From positions 1 through 33,544 of IMG/VR virus record IMGVR_UViG_3300033145_000237: a stretch of DNA of 33,544 bases; one strand, given 5' to 3'. The notes under the pieces are model-generated. The model saw nothing but the letters and a program-made list of their open reading frames with translations, made no database searches and had not been told where the DNA came from. Numbering within the stretch: position 1 is the first letter of the stretch; every line of letters begins with the position of its first letter. The translations under genes were made by a program, and so were the position numbers. This stretch comes from a virus. Its lineage: Duplodnaviria > Caudoviricetes. Of this stretch, positions 1-8,570 are shown piece after piece.

Positions 1-16
1 TTAGAAAGGGAACAAG

Positions 17-673
17 ATGAATTTTCAGCAAGTGCAACAAGCAAATGGTCAAAATGTTATTATATTTGGGACAATAGTCGAGTTTAAAGGTCAAGGGGTA
101 AACCCCAAGAGCAATAAGCCTTATATGAAAGTATCTGTTCTTGATGACACTGGGGTAAAAAAGAACGTAACATTGAGGGGTGCACTTCCAACTATGAACA
201 TGATTAACCAAAGAGTACAGTTTAACCTTAGGTCATATCAAGGGACGTATCAAGGACAGCCATACACGGGCTATTCAGGCTTTTGGTATAATAGAGCAAC
301 AGTTAATCAGGGTCAGCCACAAATGCCTCCACAAGCAGCACAGGCAGCCCCACAACAGCCAACATACACACCCGTTCCACAGACTACGCCACAATCGACA
401 TATACTCCACCTAAAAAAAGAGACTACGATAAAGAGAATAGAGGTAAATGTAGGTTTGGGTTTTATCAAGCTATGTTATCAAGTGGCGTTAAACCTGCTG
501 ATATTATCAGTAATCTAATGACATTGTCTGCCGTTGAAAAGCTTGTACGGTTTTCTATGGAAGGTATAGATAAGGATAAGCCTATGCCAGAACCATCACC
601 CCAGCCGACAGCAGATACAATACCAGGCGAACCTGTTAATGAACCAGTAAATGATGATGATATTCCATTTTAA
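17..673 (+). CDS. Putative single-stranded DNA-binding protein
   Basis: 218 aa. Beta-rich OB-fold-like N-terminus, Q/P-rich linker and acidic SSB-type tail DDDIPF. GAAAGGG RBS. Next to a NinB-like gene. Confidence 0.65.
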   Translation: MNFQQVQQANGQNVIIFGTIVEFKGQGVNPKSNKPYMKVSVLDDTGVKKNVTLRGALPTMNMINQRVQFNLRSYQGTYQGQPYTGYSGFWYNRATVNQGQPQMPPQAAQAAPQQPTYTPVPQTTPQSTYTPPKKRDYDKENRGKCRFGFYQAMLSSGVKPADIISNLMTLSAVEKLVRFSMEGIDKDKPMPEPSPQPTADTIPGEPVNEPVNDDDIPF

Positions 674-684
674 GAGAACTAATA

Positions 685-1137
685 ATGGACTTTTACGGCA
701 CTAAAAATAATGGTAATATTTGCTTTTCTGCTATGCAATTGCAGTTTAGAAAACTGTATATAGAATCCCTTAAAGATGGTGCTGAAATCAAAGAATCTAT
801 AACTATACTCCGAAAATCTAAGACTAATAAGCAAGTCAAAGCACACTGGGGTATGATTATTAATATGTCTTTAGCAGAATTTGAAGATAGAGGATATGAT
901 ACTTCTTATATTCTAAGACTTGATAAACCTACCGGTATCGCTATTAGCAAAGACTTGCTATATGAGTACCTATGTAATGTATGTCCTATTTTTGACGAGA
1001 ATGGCAAGAGAATAACATTAAGTAAAATGGATACTGCACAAGCATCTAAGTTCTTTGAAGATTGTAGAAACCATCTTGCGAGCCAGTGGAGCATTTATAT
1101 TTCAGAACCTGATGAAAATTGGAAGGATAAAAAATGA
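685..1137 (+). CDS. NinB/Orf-like recombination accessory protein
   Basis: 150 aa with the pattern KT-x-KQ-x3-HWG...TLSKMDTAQASKFFE...IYISEPD typical of NinB-like proteins. Confidence 0.65.
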   Translation: MDFYGTKNNGNICFSAMQLQFRKLYIESLKDGAEIKESITILRKSKTNKQVKAHWGMIINMSLAEFEDRGYDTSYILRLDKPTGIAISKDLLYEYLCNVCPIFDENGKRITLSKMDTAQASKFFEDCRNHLASQWSIYISEPDENWKDKK

Positions 1138-1856
1138 AAACATTAGTAATTGATAAAAGTTATGAGGGTCTTATTGAAAAAGAGACTTATTACGAATTAG
1201 ATTCTTGCTTGATATTTGATGGTAATATAGATATTCAAGTGAATTTGGATGTCAAGGGGTCAGTCCAAGCAAGCGGATGGATTCAAGCTGATGGTTGGAT
1301 TGAATCTGGCGATTTAATTATTGCTGGCGAGTATATAAAATCTACTGGGTCTATTAAAGCAACTTACTGTATTGAAACAGTTGAGTGGATTGAAGCCGGT
1401 GAGTATATTGAGGTTGGTTGGTATATTAAGGCTGGAGGGTCTGTTAAGGCTGGTGGTTGGATTAAAGCAAATATGTTTATCAAAGCAAGTAAAAATATTA
1501 AATCTGGTAAGTTTATTAAATCTAATGGGTGGATTCAAGCCGATGAATCAATTGAAGCTGGTAAGGATATTAAAACCGGTGAGTGGATTGAAGTGGGTGA
1601 ATGGATTAAAGCTGATAAGTCTGTTAAGGCTGGCAGTTATATTAAAGCCGGTAGGTATATTAAGGCTGATGAGTATATTGAGTCTATTCAGTTTCTTAAG
1701 GCTGGTAGATATATTGAAGCAGGCAGGTCTATTAAGGCTGGCGGGGTAATTGAAGCGGGTGAATATATTGAAGTTGGCGAATCAATTAAAGCTGATAGAG
1801 GGATTAAATCTGGTGGTTGGATTGAAGTAGGCCAGCGGATTGAAGGAAACGAATAA
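1134..1856 (+). CDS. Hexapeptide-repeat (predicted beta-solenoid) protein
   Basis: About 32 tandem [G/E]-[W/Y/S]-I-[K/E]-A-G-like hexads. ATGA overlap with the upstream gene. Confidence 0.8.
   Translation: MKTLVIDKSYEGLIEKETYYELDSCLIFDGNIDIQVNLDVKGSVQASGWIQADGWIESGDLIIAGEYIKSTGSIKATYCIETVEWIEAGEYIEVGWYIKAGGSVKAGGWIKANMFIKASKNIKSGKFIKSNGWIQADESIEAGKDIKTGEWIEVGEWIKADKSVKAGSYIKAGRYIKADEYIESIQFLKAGRYIEAGRSIKAGGVIEAGEYIEVGESIKADRGIKSGGWIEVGQRIEGNE
1260..1845 (+). repeat. Degenerate 18-nt coding tandem repeat
   Basis: Recurrent ATTGAAGCTGG / ATTAAGGCTGG / ATTAAAGCCGG units with 18-nt period. Confidence 0.8.
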
Positions 1857-1869
1857 TAAAGGAAATAAA

Positions 1870-2208
1870 ATGATTAAAGCATATAAATATTTAATTCTTT
1901 CAGCAATAAAAGAACACGAAAAAAAGTATCATACTGAAAAGAAAGAAAAGTCTAATAAAATTAAATATCTTGACTTCGTCAAATTAACAGGAGATGAACA
2001 CAAGAAATTAGTTGCTAAGTTTGGCAAATCAGGTGCTGATAAGAGAATAGAGAACCTTAATAACTATATCGGTAGTAAAGGTAAGAAATACAAAAGCCAC
2101 TATCATACTATTTTAGTTTGGGAAAAGAAAAATGAACGGAATGCACCAAATGATGGAAGAGATTTCTCGTCGCAATCCAGCCAGTACGGTGAAACTATCT
2201 CGGTCTAA
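1870..2208 (+). CDS. Replication initiator (replisome organiser) C-terminal domain protein
   Basis: KY-x-DFVKLT-x-DE-x-KKL...IENLNNYIGSKGKKYKSHY-x-TIL-x-W resembles phage initiator C-termini. Directly upstream of a DnaC-like gene. ATG at 1870 follows AAGGA and is preferred over the TTG at 1840. Confidence 0.65.
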   Translation: MIKAYKYLILSAIKEHEKKYHTEKKEKSNKIKYLDFVKLTGDEHKKLVAKFGKSGADKRIENLNNYIGSKGKKYKSHYHTILVWEKKNERNAPNDGRDFSSQSSQYGETISV

Positions 2209-2905
2209 ACCTGAACCTACTACATGTAAAGACTGCGGGTTAGTAGTTGAGCCAAGATTTTATGGTACTGATGCGTTTGGTATGTGGTTTTCTTTTGAAT
2301 ATTGCCCAGATTGTTCATCTTTAAGAGACGCTAAAATACTAATGAACGAAAAATGCAGCAAAGATAGAATAGAGCTTCGTAAAAGCCGTCTTGTAAAATG
2401 GAGTGATAAAATTAAGTTAGCTAAAAAGATACCGTTGTTATATCGCCAAGCAAGAATCGGTAAGATAAATAAAAAGCTTGCAAAATTACTTACCAGTCAG
2501 AGCGTATTCCTTTGGGGTGGTACTGGTACTGGAAAGACTTATGCTACTATTGCTATTCTTAGATACGGAATAATCAGAGGTAGAACCATAATCAGGGTGA
2601 AGTTTGACGATTTAATGGCTGAATTTAGACAATTTGAGAAGACAGAAGATGACGTGTTAAGCAAATATAATTCACCGCAGACACTAATTGTAGATGATAT
2701 TGGACAAAGTAATAGCGATTTTGCCAGAAGAATGTTATATAGAATAATAGATTATAGACTTGAATGGGAAAAACATACAATAGCTACCAGCAACTTGAGC
2801 ATAGAACATCTTAAACCTTTAATTGGTGAAAGATTATTTAGTAGATTTAATTGCTTTAAGATTGTTAAAATAGATGGTAAAGACAGGAGAGTAAAGTATG
2901 AATAA
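2132..2905 (+). CDS. DnaC/IstB-like AAA+ helicase loader
   Basis: CKDC/CPDC zinc pair, Walker A GGTGTGKT, Walker B IVDDIG, TSNL, RLFSRF, GKDRR. True start may be 2150. Confidence 0.9.
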   Translation: MNGMHQMMEEISRRNPASTVKLSRSKPEPTTCKDCGLVVEPRFYGTDAFGMWFSFEYCPDCSSLRDAKILMNEKCSKDRIELRKSRLVKWSDKIKLAKKIPLLYRQARIGKINKKLAKLLTSQSVFLWGGTGTGKTYATIAILRYGIIRGRTIIRVKFDDLMAEFRQFEKTEDDVLSKYNSPQTLIVDDIGQSNSDFARRMLYRIIDYRLEWEKHTIATSNLSIEHLKPLIGERLFSRFNCFKIVKIDGKDRRVKYE

Positions 2906-3092
2906 AAAAAAAATATGTAAGAATCATAAGAAAGTTGCTAAATTTGTCAGAACAGAAATGATTTGTCCTTATTGTGGTGCTTTAATAAAATCTTATTGTA
3001 GTGATTACAGTGAAGGTGATACGGTTTATTGTTATTCTTGTGGTGATTTTTTTGCTCTTGGAAACCAAACGCTATATGTAATAAAATTATGA
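2898..3092 (+). CDS. Small zinc-ribbon protein
   Basis: 64 aa with CPYC...CYSC; overlaps the upstream stop. Confidence 0.7.
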   Translation: MNKKKICKNHKKVAKFVRTEMICPYCGALIKSYCSDYSEGDTVYCYSCGDFFALGNQTLYVIKL

Positions 3093-3117
3093 ATAAAATG
3101 AGAATAAAGGAAATAGA

Positions 3118-3372
3118 ATGAAAAAGCACACAAAGGTATATCTTGAAAGCGTAAATAAGACAGTGGCAGATGTGATTATGTGTGAGCTATGCCATCAGGT
3201 AGCAGTAGATATACACCATATAAAAGGTAGGCTTGGTGAAGATGCTAATAAGCCAGAAAACCTTATAGCCTTATGTAGACAATGCCATGAACAAGTACAT
3301 GATGGCAAAATAGAAAGAGAAACATTACTTAAAGTAGCTAAAAGGAGAATAAATGCTAACAATAGGAATTGA
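3118..3372 (+). CDS. HNH endonuclease
   Basis: CELC...DIHHI...N-x-PENLIALCRQCH-x3-H. Confidence 0.9.
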   Translation: MKKHTKVYLESVNKTVADVIMCELCHQVAVDIHHIKGRLGEDANKPENLIALCRQCHEQVHDGKIERETLLKVAKRRINANNRN

Positions 3373-3787
3373 CCCAGGCGTTAATGGTTCTGCTGCCTTG
3401 TTAGAAGATGACGGTAGCTTAATAGATGTCATCGAGTGGAATAAGAACACAGAAAGAGAAATTGCTGATGGGTTTGATGAATGGACTTGGTCAAGTAGAC
3501 ATATTAAAGCATATATTGAGCAAGTGCATTCAATGCCTGGACAAGGAGTAGTATCATCATTTAAATTCGGTAAGAACTTAGGGTTCTGGATAGGATTATT
3601 GACTGTACTTAAGATACCTTATGAATTCGTAACACCTCAAAAATGGCAGAAATCTTTAGGGTGTATGACTAAAGGTGATAAGAATGTGACTAAGAGTAAG
3701 GCACAACAGCTTTATCCTAATGAAAAAATAACACACTCAAACGCAGACGCAATATTGATAGCCGTGTATGGCTGTCGTAATAATTAG
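3353..3787 (+). CDS. RuvC-like Holliday junction resolvase
   Basis: IGIDPG, YIEQV, GVVSSFKFG, TPQKWQK, ADAILIA motifs. Confidence 0.9.
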   Translation: MLTIGIDPGVNGSAALLEDDGSLIDVIEWNKNTEREIADGFDEWTWSSRHIKAYIEQVHSMPGQGVVSSFKFGKNLGFWIGLLTVLKIPYEFVTPQKWQKSLGCMTKGDKNVTKSKAQQLYPNEKITHSNADAILIAVYGCRNN

Positions 3788-3798
3788 AAAGGAAAAAA

Positions 3799-4068
3799 AT
3801 GAAAACACTATTAACATTACTCATATTACTTATATCAGGGTGTACGTCAGTTACATTTGATAGGAAATATGAACAGACAGACGCTAACCTCAAACCAGAA
3901 AGACTAAAGATATCTTATTGCAGTCTTGGAGGTAAAGAGTATCAGGGCTTAGACTGTAATGCGCCAGGCGGTTGGAATATCAAAGTCAATAAGTCTAAGC
4001 AGCAAGAAATTAAGGTAGAGACTTTGATGGCTGAAATAGCTGAAATGATTGCGGGAATGAAAAAATGA
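3799..4068 (+). CDS. Putative lipoprotein
   Basis: MK + hydrophobic stretch + lipobox ISG-C15; GAAAGG RBS. Confidence 0.75.
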   Translation: MKTLLTLLILLISGCTSVTFDRKYEQTDANLKPERLKISYCSLGGKEYQGLDCNAPGGWNIKVNKSKQQEIKVETLMAEIAEMIAGMKK

Positions 4069-4478
4069 TAAAATACAGAAGCCTTGAAGGATATAAGTAT
4101 GAAACGCTAAAAACCTATCAGATTAAAACAGATATAATCTTAGACAAGTTTGTTGACAACGGGTATATTAGGTTAGTGCATGGCAATTTGATTATCAGAA
4201 ATAGGTATGCTTGGGACGGCGCTTCATTTATCATAAGAGATACAGATAATATCATGGAAGGTTCTTTGGTACACGACGCTCTTTATCAGTTAATGAGACT
4301 TGGTTTAATTGATAGAGATAAATATAGAATAGTCGCAGATAAACTACTATATGATATGTGTATTAAAAAAGGCATGAGTAAATTCAGAGCATGGTATATT
4401 TACAGAGGACTAAGGTGGTTTGGCAAGAAAGCGTCTATGCCTAATAAGAAAAAAAGAGGTAAGGTTTTTGAAATCTAA
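4065..4478 (+). CDS. DUF1353-like protein
   Basis: Y-x-WDGAS...SLVHDALYQ...AD...GMSKFRAW-x2-Y-x2-LR-x-FG pattern. Confidence 0.75.
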   Translation: MIKYRSLEGYKYETLKTYQIKTDIILDKFVDNGYIRLVHGNLIIRNRYAWDGASFIIRDTDNIMEGSLVHDALYQLMRLGLIDRDKYRIVADKLLYDMCIKKGMSKFRAWYIYRGLRWFGKKASMPNKKKRGKVFEI

Positions 4479-4764
4479 GGATAAAGATTTTCGTTTCAAT
4501 ATTAAATCGTTTAGAGACGCAGCCAGATATGTCTTAATGGATATTGGACTAAAGCCTACTTATACTAACTTCTTGGCTTTAGATAGTATTATGAATTGGA
4601 TTGAGATATATCGCAACAGGAACGCCTATTACGCAGTATGTCATATCATGGGTAAAGAAGTGCTGTATGACACCAGAATATCGCTTAGAATCGAAGCAGC
4701 GAGCCGAGAAGAGGCATTGAGTAAGATAGATACGAAAGTATATTCATTTATTGAATGGTGGTAG
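4468..4764 (+). CDS. Hypothetical protein
   Basis: TTG at 4468 follows GAGGT at 7 nt spacing, preferred over the 4420 start in the ORF track. Confidence 0.6.
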   Translation: MKSKDKDFRFNIKSFRDAARYVLMDIGLKPTYTNFLALDSIMNWIEIYRNRNAYYAVCHIMGKEVLYDTRISLRIEAASREEALSKIDTKVYSFIEWW

Positions 4765-4766
4765 AT

Positions 4767-5006
4767 ATGAAAAAGATAAACAAATGCGATGTTTGTGGAA
4801 AAGAAGAAATCCATTATTATAATGGTAAAGAAACTGTAACTAATTTGCCATTTGGTTGGTGCTACCTTGTTGAAGAAGTTAATAAATCTCGCAATACAAT
4901 TCCATTTTATACTACTGATAAATATACGTTATGTGATGAGTGTAGGTCTAATGTAGGTAAAATGCTTAGGGTAGTCTTGAGTAGTTTGTCAAAGAAAGGT
5001 AAATGA
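4767..5006 (+). CDS. Small zinc-finger protein
   Basis: CDVC...CDEC; likely start MKKINK (track start 4755). Confidence 0.65.
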   Translation: MKKINKCDVCGKEEIHYYNGKETVTNLPFGWCYLVEEVNKSRNTIPFYTTDKYTLCDECRSNVGKMLRVVLSSLSKKGK

Positions 5007-5088
5007 TGAAAAAATGTAACAACTGGAGAGAAGTTTAGGAGATATTTTCTAAAGAATTTTCAATGATAGTCGTAATAGAGGTTACGCC

Positions 5089-5151
5089 ATGATAGAACTA
5101 ATAATAATGTGTGCTATTCTTGTATTGGTAATATATGAAGGGAATGAGTAA
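5089..5151 (+). CDS. 20-aa hydrophobic mini-protein (MIELIIMCAILVLVIYEGNE)
   Basis: GAGGT RBS and TAATG coupling to the next gene; below the ORF-track cutoff. Confidence 0.4.
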   Translation: MIELIIMCAILVLVIYEGNE

Positions 5152-5450
5152 TGGAATATAGAAACCAATTTGTAATGGATTTTTCACCAGCAACAAAGAC
5201 AGTAGACCCTAATACTTCACGCAAAGCCGAAAGAAAAATAACTAAGTCTGGCAGCAGGAAGACTCATTGCCAGATAATACTTGACATGCTTAAAAAACGA
5301 AACGGCTCAACATCTTTCGACTTAGCAGGTTATTTGCGAGGGACATTAACAGAGGCTCAAATTCACAAAAGACGGAATGACTTAATAGAAAATGGATATA
5401 TCAAAATCGACGGAGAACGAAATGGTTTTGGTATATGGTGGGTAATTTAA
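5151..5450 (+). CDS. Winged-helix DNA-binding protein
   Basis: DP-x-TS-x2-A...IL-x2-L...G-x-T-x2-DLA...QI-x-KR-x2-DL-x3-G pattern common in phage wHTH proteins. Confidence 0.7.
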   Translation: MEYRNQFVMDFSPATKTVDPNTSRKAERKITKSGSRKTHCQIILDMLKKRNGSTSFDLAGYLRGTLTEAQIHKRRNDLIENGYIKIDGERNGFGIWWVI

Positions 5451-5465
5451 ATAAAGATTGGAATA

Positions 5466-5732
5466 ATGAAACAAAAAGACAACAAAATTGTAAAACACAA
5501 AGAAATAGAAAACACTAAGCATGATTGGTATTCAGTAATAGAATTAAGTCCGGCAGATAAAGGTTATGATTATGTGCGTTGCATTATGTTTTTAACCAAT
5601 CTTAAAGATGCTCAATATCTTTTAGATGCACTTGAGAAAATAAATGTTCTTTTCGACACATATGCAATAACTAAAAATGATGAAGAATATCCCAACTTAT
5701 CTGTTAGTTGGAAGAAATATAAAAGGTGTTAA
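5466..5732 (+). CDS. Hypothetical protein
   Basis: 88-aa ORF co-oriented in the operon. Confidence 0.65.
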   Translation: MKQKDNKIVKHKEIENTKHDWYSVIELSPADKGYDYVRCIMFLTNLKDAQYLLDALEKINVLFDTYAITKNDEEYPNLSVSWKKYKRC

Positions 5733-5885
5733 TAAATAAATGGCCAACATTTGTATATATTATTATAGACTGTTGGATTATGCCCCAGCAGTAATAGGTA
5801 AATTATTGAGAAAGCCGGCAGGTTTTTGGAGTGGATTCGTTTAGTCGTGTGTCAATAGTAGTCGGTTCATAACGTTGAAACTTCA

Positions 5886-5941
5886 ACCCCGCTCGTTTAA
5901 ATAATAAGCAAAACATATAACATGCGGGCGGGGTATTTTTT
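5886..5941 (+). terminator. Putative intrinsic terminator with large loop
   Basis: ACCCCGCTCGT pairs with GCGGGCGGGGT (two G-U pairs valid only on the + strand), 27-nt AT-rich loop, then ATTTTTT. Confidence 0.55.
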
Positions 5942-5993
5942 AAATGATAGAAGAAAATCAATAAGGAAAGAAAGTTAAATTATAAGCAATCAA

Positions 5994-6170
5994 ATGGATA
6001 TACAAAACAGAAGGTCAGAAAATAGCAAAAAGAGAATACCACCTCAAATATTTACTCTATTAGATGCCAGTAGACTGATGAGAGCTTATTATGAAATGGG
6101 AATAGAAATAAATAAACGTGAATTTGAAGAGATGATAAAGAGGTTTCAAAGTACTTTTAACGAAAGATGA
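5994..6170 (+). CDS. Hypothetical 58-aa protein (MDIQNRRSEN...FNER)
   Basis: Translated by hand; ATGA overlap with the next mini-ORF. Confidence 0.5.
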   Translation: MDIQNRRSENSKKRIPPQIFTLLDASRLMRAYYEMGIEINKREFEEMIKRFQSTFNER

Positions 6171-6403
6171 ATATAATGGAATGCCGCAAATGTAAATCGA
6201 CAGCAAGGTTTGTAAAGATATTAACCAATTCCCGGAAGATTTACAGATTAGGGAATACCCGAAAGCGAGGAAATAAATGAGCAAAGAAATTACATTACCA
6301 TTAAATTCACACAATATAAGGAAAAAAGAAAATGATTGATTTCACAAGGTTGAAAGTTGGGACGAAAGTTAAGACTACTCGTAAGACTGGCAGAGGTAGG
6401 TAG

Positions 6404-6440
6404 AATAAAACGTGCGGCCAACGCTAATCGACCGCACATT
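6404..6440 (-). terminator. Intrinsic terminator of the morphogenesis operon
   Basis: Minus strand GTGCGGTCGA-TTAGCG-TTGGCCGCAC (10-bp stem with G-U pairs) then GTTTTATT, about 20 nt after the last - strand gene at the convergence point. Confidence 0.8.
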
Positions 6441-6459
6441 GAGAAAGAGAAGGATGAAA

Positions 6460-6978
6460 TCAATAATATCTATATAAGCTTGTTACGAGCGTTGGGTCTC
6501 CAGTTTGTGCTGTTATTAAGCTATATAGATATCTAAATCCTGTACAATCGAATGACACACATGATATTCTGTTATTACCGCTGTCATCACCAGTTCCAAC
6601 CGTAGTTATATGCGTATCTGTCACAACTGCCGTATCAGCCCACAGATGGTCAGCAGTGGCAGCAACTACCCTTGCTGTACCGATAGTCCAAACGATAGAG
6701 CATATCAACTGTGGCGCTCCCCCTTCGGCTATCCCGTATATCTTCTGTGTTAATGTATCACCATCAGCAGCACCTTGTGCATTTAAGATTAACACTACAC
6801 CATTAGCGTAACTCTCATAGCCTGCACCAGCGTCAACTTTTAAGTCTGTTGCACCATCTGGTACTGAAATAGTAAAACCACTGGCAGCAGCTAAGTCAGA
6901 GTCAACAGCACTGCTGGCATCAGTTAATGTATCTAATGTTCTAAATGACGACATTCTTGTTGTTAGTATACTTCCCAT
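6460..6978 (-). CDS. Putative virion structural protein (beta-rich)
   Basis: 172 aa rich in A/T/G/D/S; AAGGA RBS; last gene of the structural operon. Confidence 0.6.
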   Translation of the reverse strand: MGSILTTRMSSFRTLDTLTDASSAVDSDLAAASGFTISVPDGATDLKVDAGAGYESYANGVVLILNAQGAADGDTLTQKIYGIAEGGAPQLICSIVWTIGTARVVAATADHLWADTAVVTDTHITTVGTGDDSGNNRISCVSFDCTGFRYLYSLITAQTGDPTLVTSLYRYY

Positions 6979-6989
6979 TTTAATTTCCT

Positions 6990-8570
6990 TTAATTATAAT
7001 CATATCGATATCTTCTTATTTTAGTGTCTTTATCATTATTACTTATTATAACACCATTTGTGTAATTGTCTTGTTTCCCGTCTAAATCATAATCCATAGG
7101 TATCATTTTATCTCTAATAAGGTCGCCTCCACCAGTATTATTATTTAGATAAAAGTCTTTAGCTTCTGATGGCGTTGTATTAATAAATGGAATAGTAGTA
7201 AGCGATATAGTCCCTACTTTATTTTCTCCGAAATTAGACTCTGTATCAACATTGCCTATAAAATTATTATCAACAAAGATAGTGCAAGTCTTAGTTGCCA
7301 CATCAGCATTGTAAATACCATAACTACCAGCAGAATTATCACCCCAGATTATATTGTTGTAAATAGCAAGAGAGTAATTATCAGTCCAATCAGGAAGCGT
7401 CGCTATATTTATTCCTTTATTAAATCCGTAAATAATATTGTTATAAAATGCCGCAGACGCATACATTGTATTTCCGCCGTATAAATAAATACCATCAGTG
7501 GAATTTGCACCACCAACAATAATATTATTAGAGCATCTACATCTCTCGGTTAAATTACTATAAACACCTTTACCAGCATCCGAATAAATAAAGCAACTAT
7601 TCATAAAAGAAAATGCTACCAACTTAACAGCATCTTCATCTTGCGTACCCATAGATTTAATATAACAATTTAAAAGGACACCCCTTGAACAATAAACAAC
7701 TCTGCCAGCCGTTGCCGCAGTATTAGTATTTATGAAGGAACATTGATAAAAAACAGTTTCATTTGCATTAAAAGCAAGAACTACATAGGAAGTGGATGTC
7801 CCCGTAAATGCAATATGCCTATATCTTGTCCAAAGTCCAGTACCATCATCATTGCCAATTTTGAAATAATAAGAAGCACAATCTATCTCTGGGAAATCTG
7901 CCTTATCTGCAAGATTAGTAAATTCTATAAAATTATTATCGGCAACCGTAGCATCATATTTCGTTCCTATAAATTGAATCTGATGTAGTAAACTTGAATT
8001 TGCCGCCATTGAAGCATTAGTAGATAATGTCTCGTCTTTTTTATTATATAAAACATCAATAGAGTAAGTGTCTACGTCTATATCATTGCCTATAAAAGCA
8101 TCACAATTTTCAAGAATATTATTATCTCCAGCTTTATTTGCTGCACCACCAGCAAAAACATTACAAATATCGGTCGTGAAAACATCAAGCGTTTCGCCAT
8201 ATAGATTTGTATTACCAATAGTAACTTTAGATGTTCCTGTTATAGATTGTACTGGGAAGTAACCACTCTTTGTGTTATTAGTTTCTTGTGTCATACCACT
8301 AACATAGATATAAACAGACCCTTGTCCCAAAGCAACTACCATTGCTAAATCGCTAAAATCACCATCTATATAAGTTGTATCACCTGCCCCATAAGTAATA
8401 GTTGTAGAAGTATAGCTTACAAATTCCAGTCCATTCGTATCCATTAAATCAGAAGCACCATAACCATTGGCAAGCATATAATCCCATAATGTTTTATCAA
8501 TAATAATAGGAGGAAGACCTGTACCAGTTTGTGTTCCAATTCCACCAGCAAACATGACTAATTTACTCAT
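6990..8570 (-). CDS. Right-handed beta-helix protein (tailspike/depolymerase-like)
   Basis: Repeated NC-x-I, NNIIYG, GI-x-L/I, IYNNIIW turns; C-terminal P-x2-A-x-DFYL motif. Confidence 0.7.
   Translation of the reverse strand: MSKLVMFAGGIGTQTGTGLPPIIIDKTLWDYMLANGYGASDLMDTNGLEFVSYTSTTITYGAGDTTYIDGDFSDLAMVVALGQGSVYIYVSGMTQETNNTKSGYFPVQSITGTSKVTIGNTNLYGETLDVFTTDICNVFAGGAANKAGDNNILENCDAFIGNDIDVDTYSIDVLYNKKDETLSTNASMAANSSLLHQIQFIGTKYDATVADNNFIEFTNLADKADFPEIDCASYYFKIGNDDGTGLWTRYRHIAFTGTSTSYVVLAFNANETVFYQCSFINTNTAATAGRVVYCSRGVLLNCYIKSMGTQDEDAVKLVAFSFMNSCFIYSDAGKGVYSNLTERCRCSNNIIVGGANSTDGIYLYGGNTMYASAAFYNNIIYGFNKGINIATLPDWTDNYSLAIYNNIIWGDNSAGSYGIYNADVATKTCTIFVDNNFIGNVDTESNFGENKVGTISLTTIPFINTTPSEAKDFYLNNNTGGGDLIRDKMIPMDYDLDGKQDNYTNGVIISNNDKDTKIRRYRYDYN

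Noticed and set aside
1372-1749. 125-aa Leu-rich alternative-frame ORF, and antisense ORF 1314-1538
   Set aside because: Shadow of the 18-nt repeat in other frames; no RBS.
1134-1856. Possible CRISPR array or DGR template/variable repeat
   Set aside because: The repeats are degenerate in-frame codons without spacers. No reverse transcriptase, cas gene or adenine-specific repeat pair was seen.
5003-5092. ORF MMKKCNNWREV*EIFSK... suggesting TAG readthrough or recoding
   Set aside because: TAG acts as a normal stop elsewhere (3787, 4764) and long genes are intact in the standard code; more likely a gene remnant.
6076-6097. CTGATGA...GAAA hammerhead-like core
   Set aside because: The intervening bases cannot form stem II, and the site lies within a plausible ORF.
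6060-6314. 84-aa minus-strand ORF
   Set aside because: Lies beyond the minus-strand terminator and opposite a chain of coupled + strand mini-ORFs.
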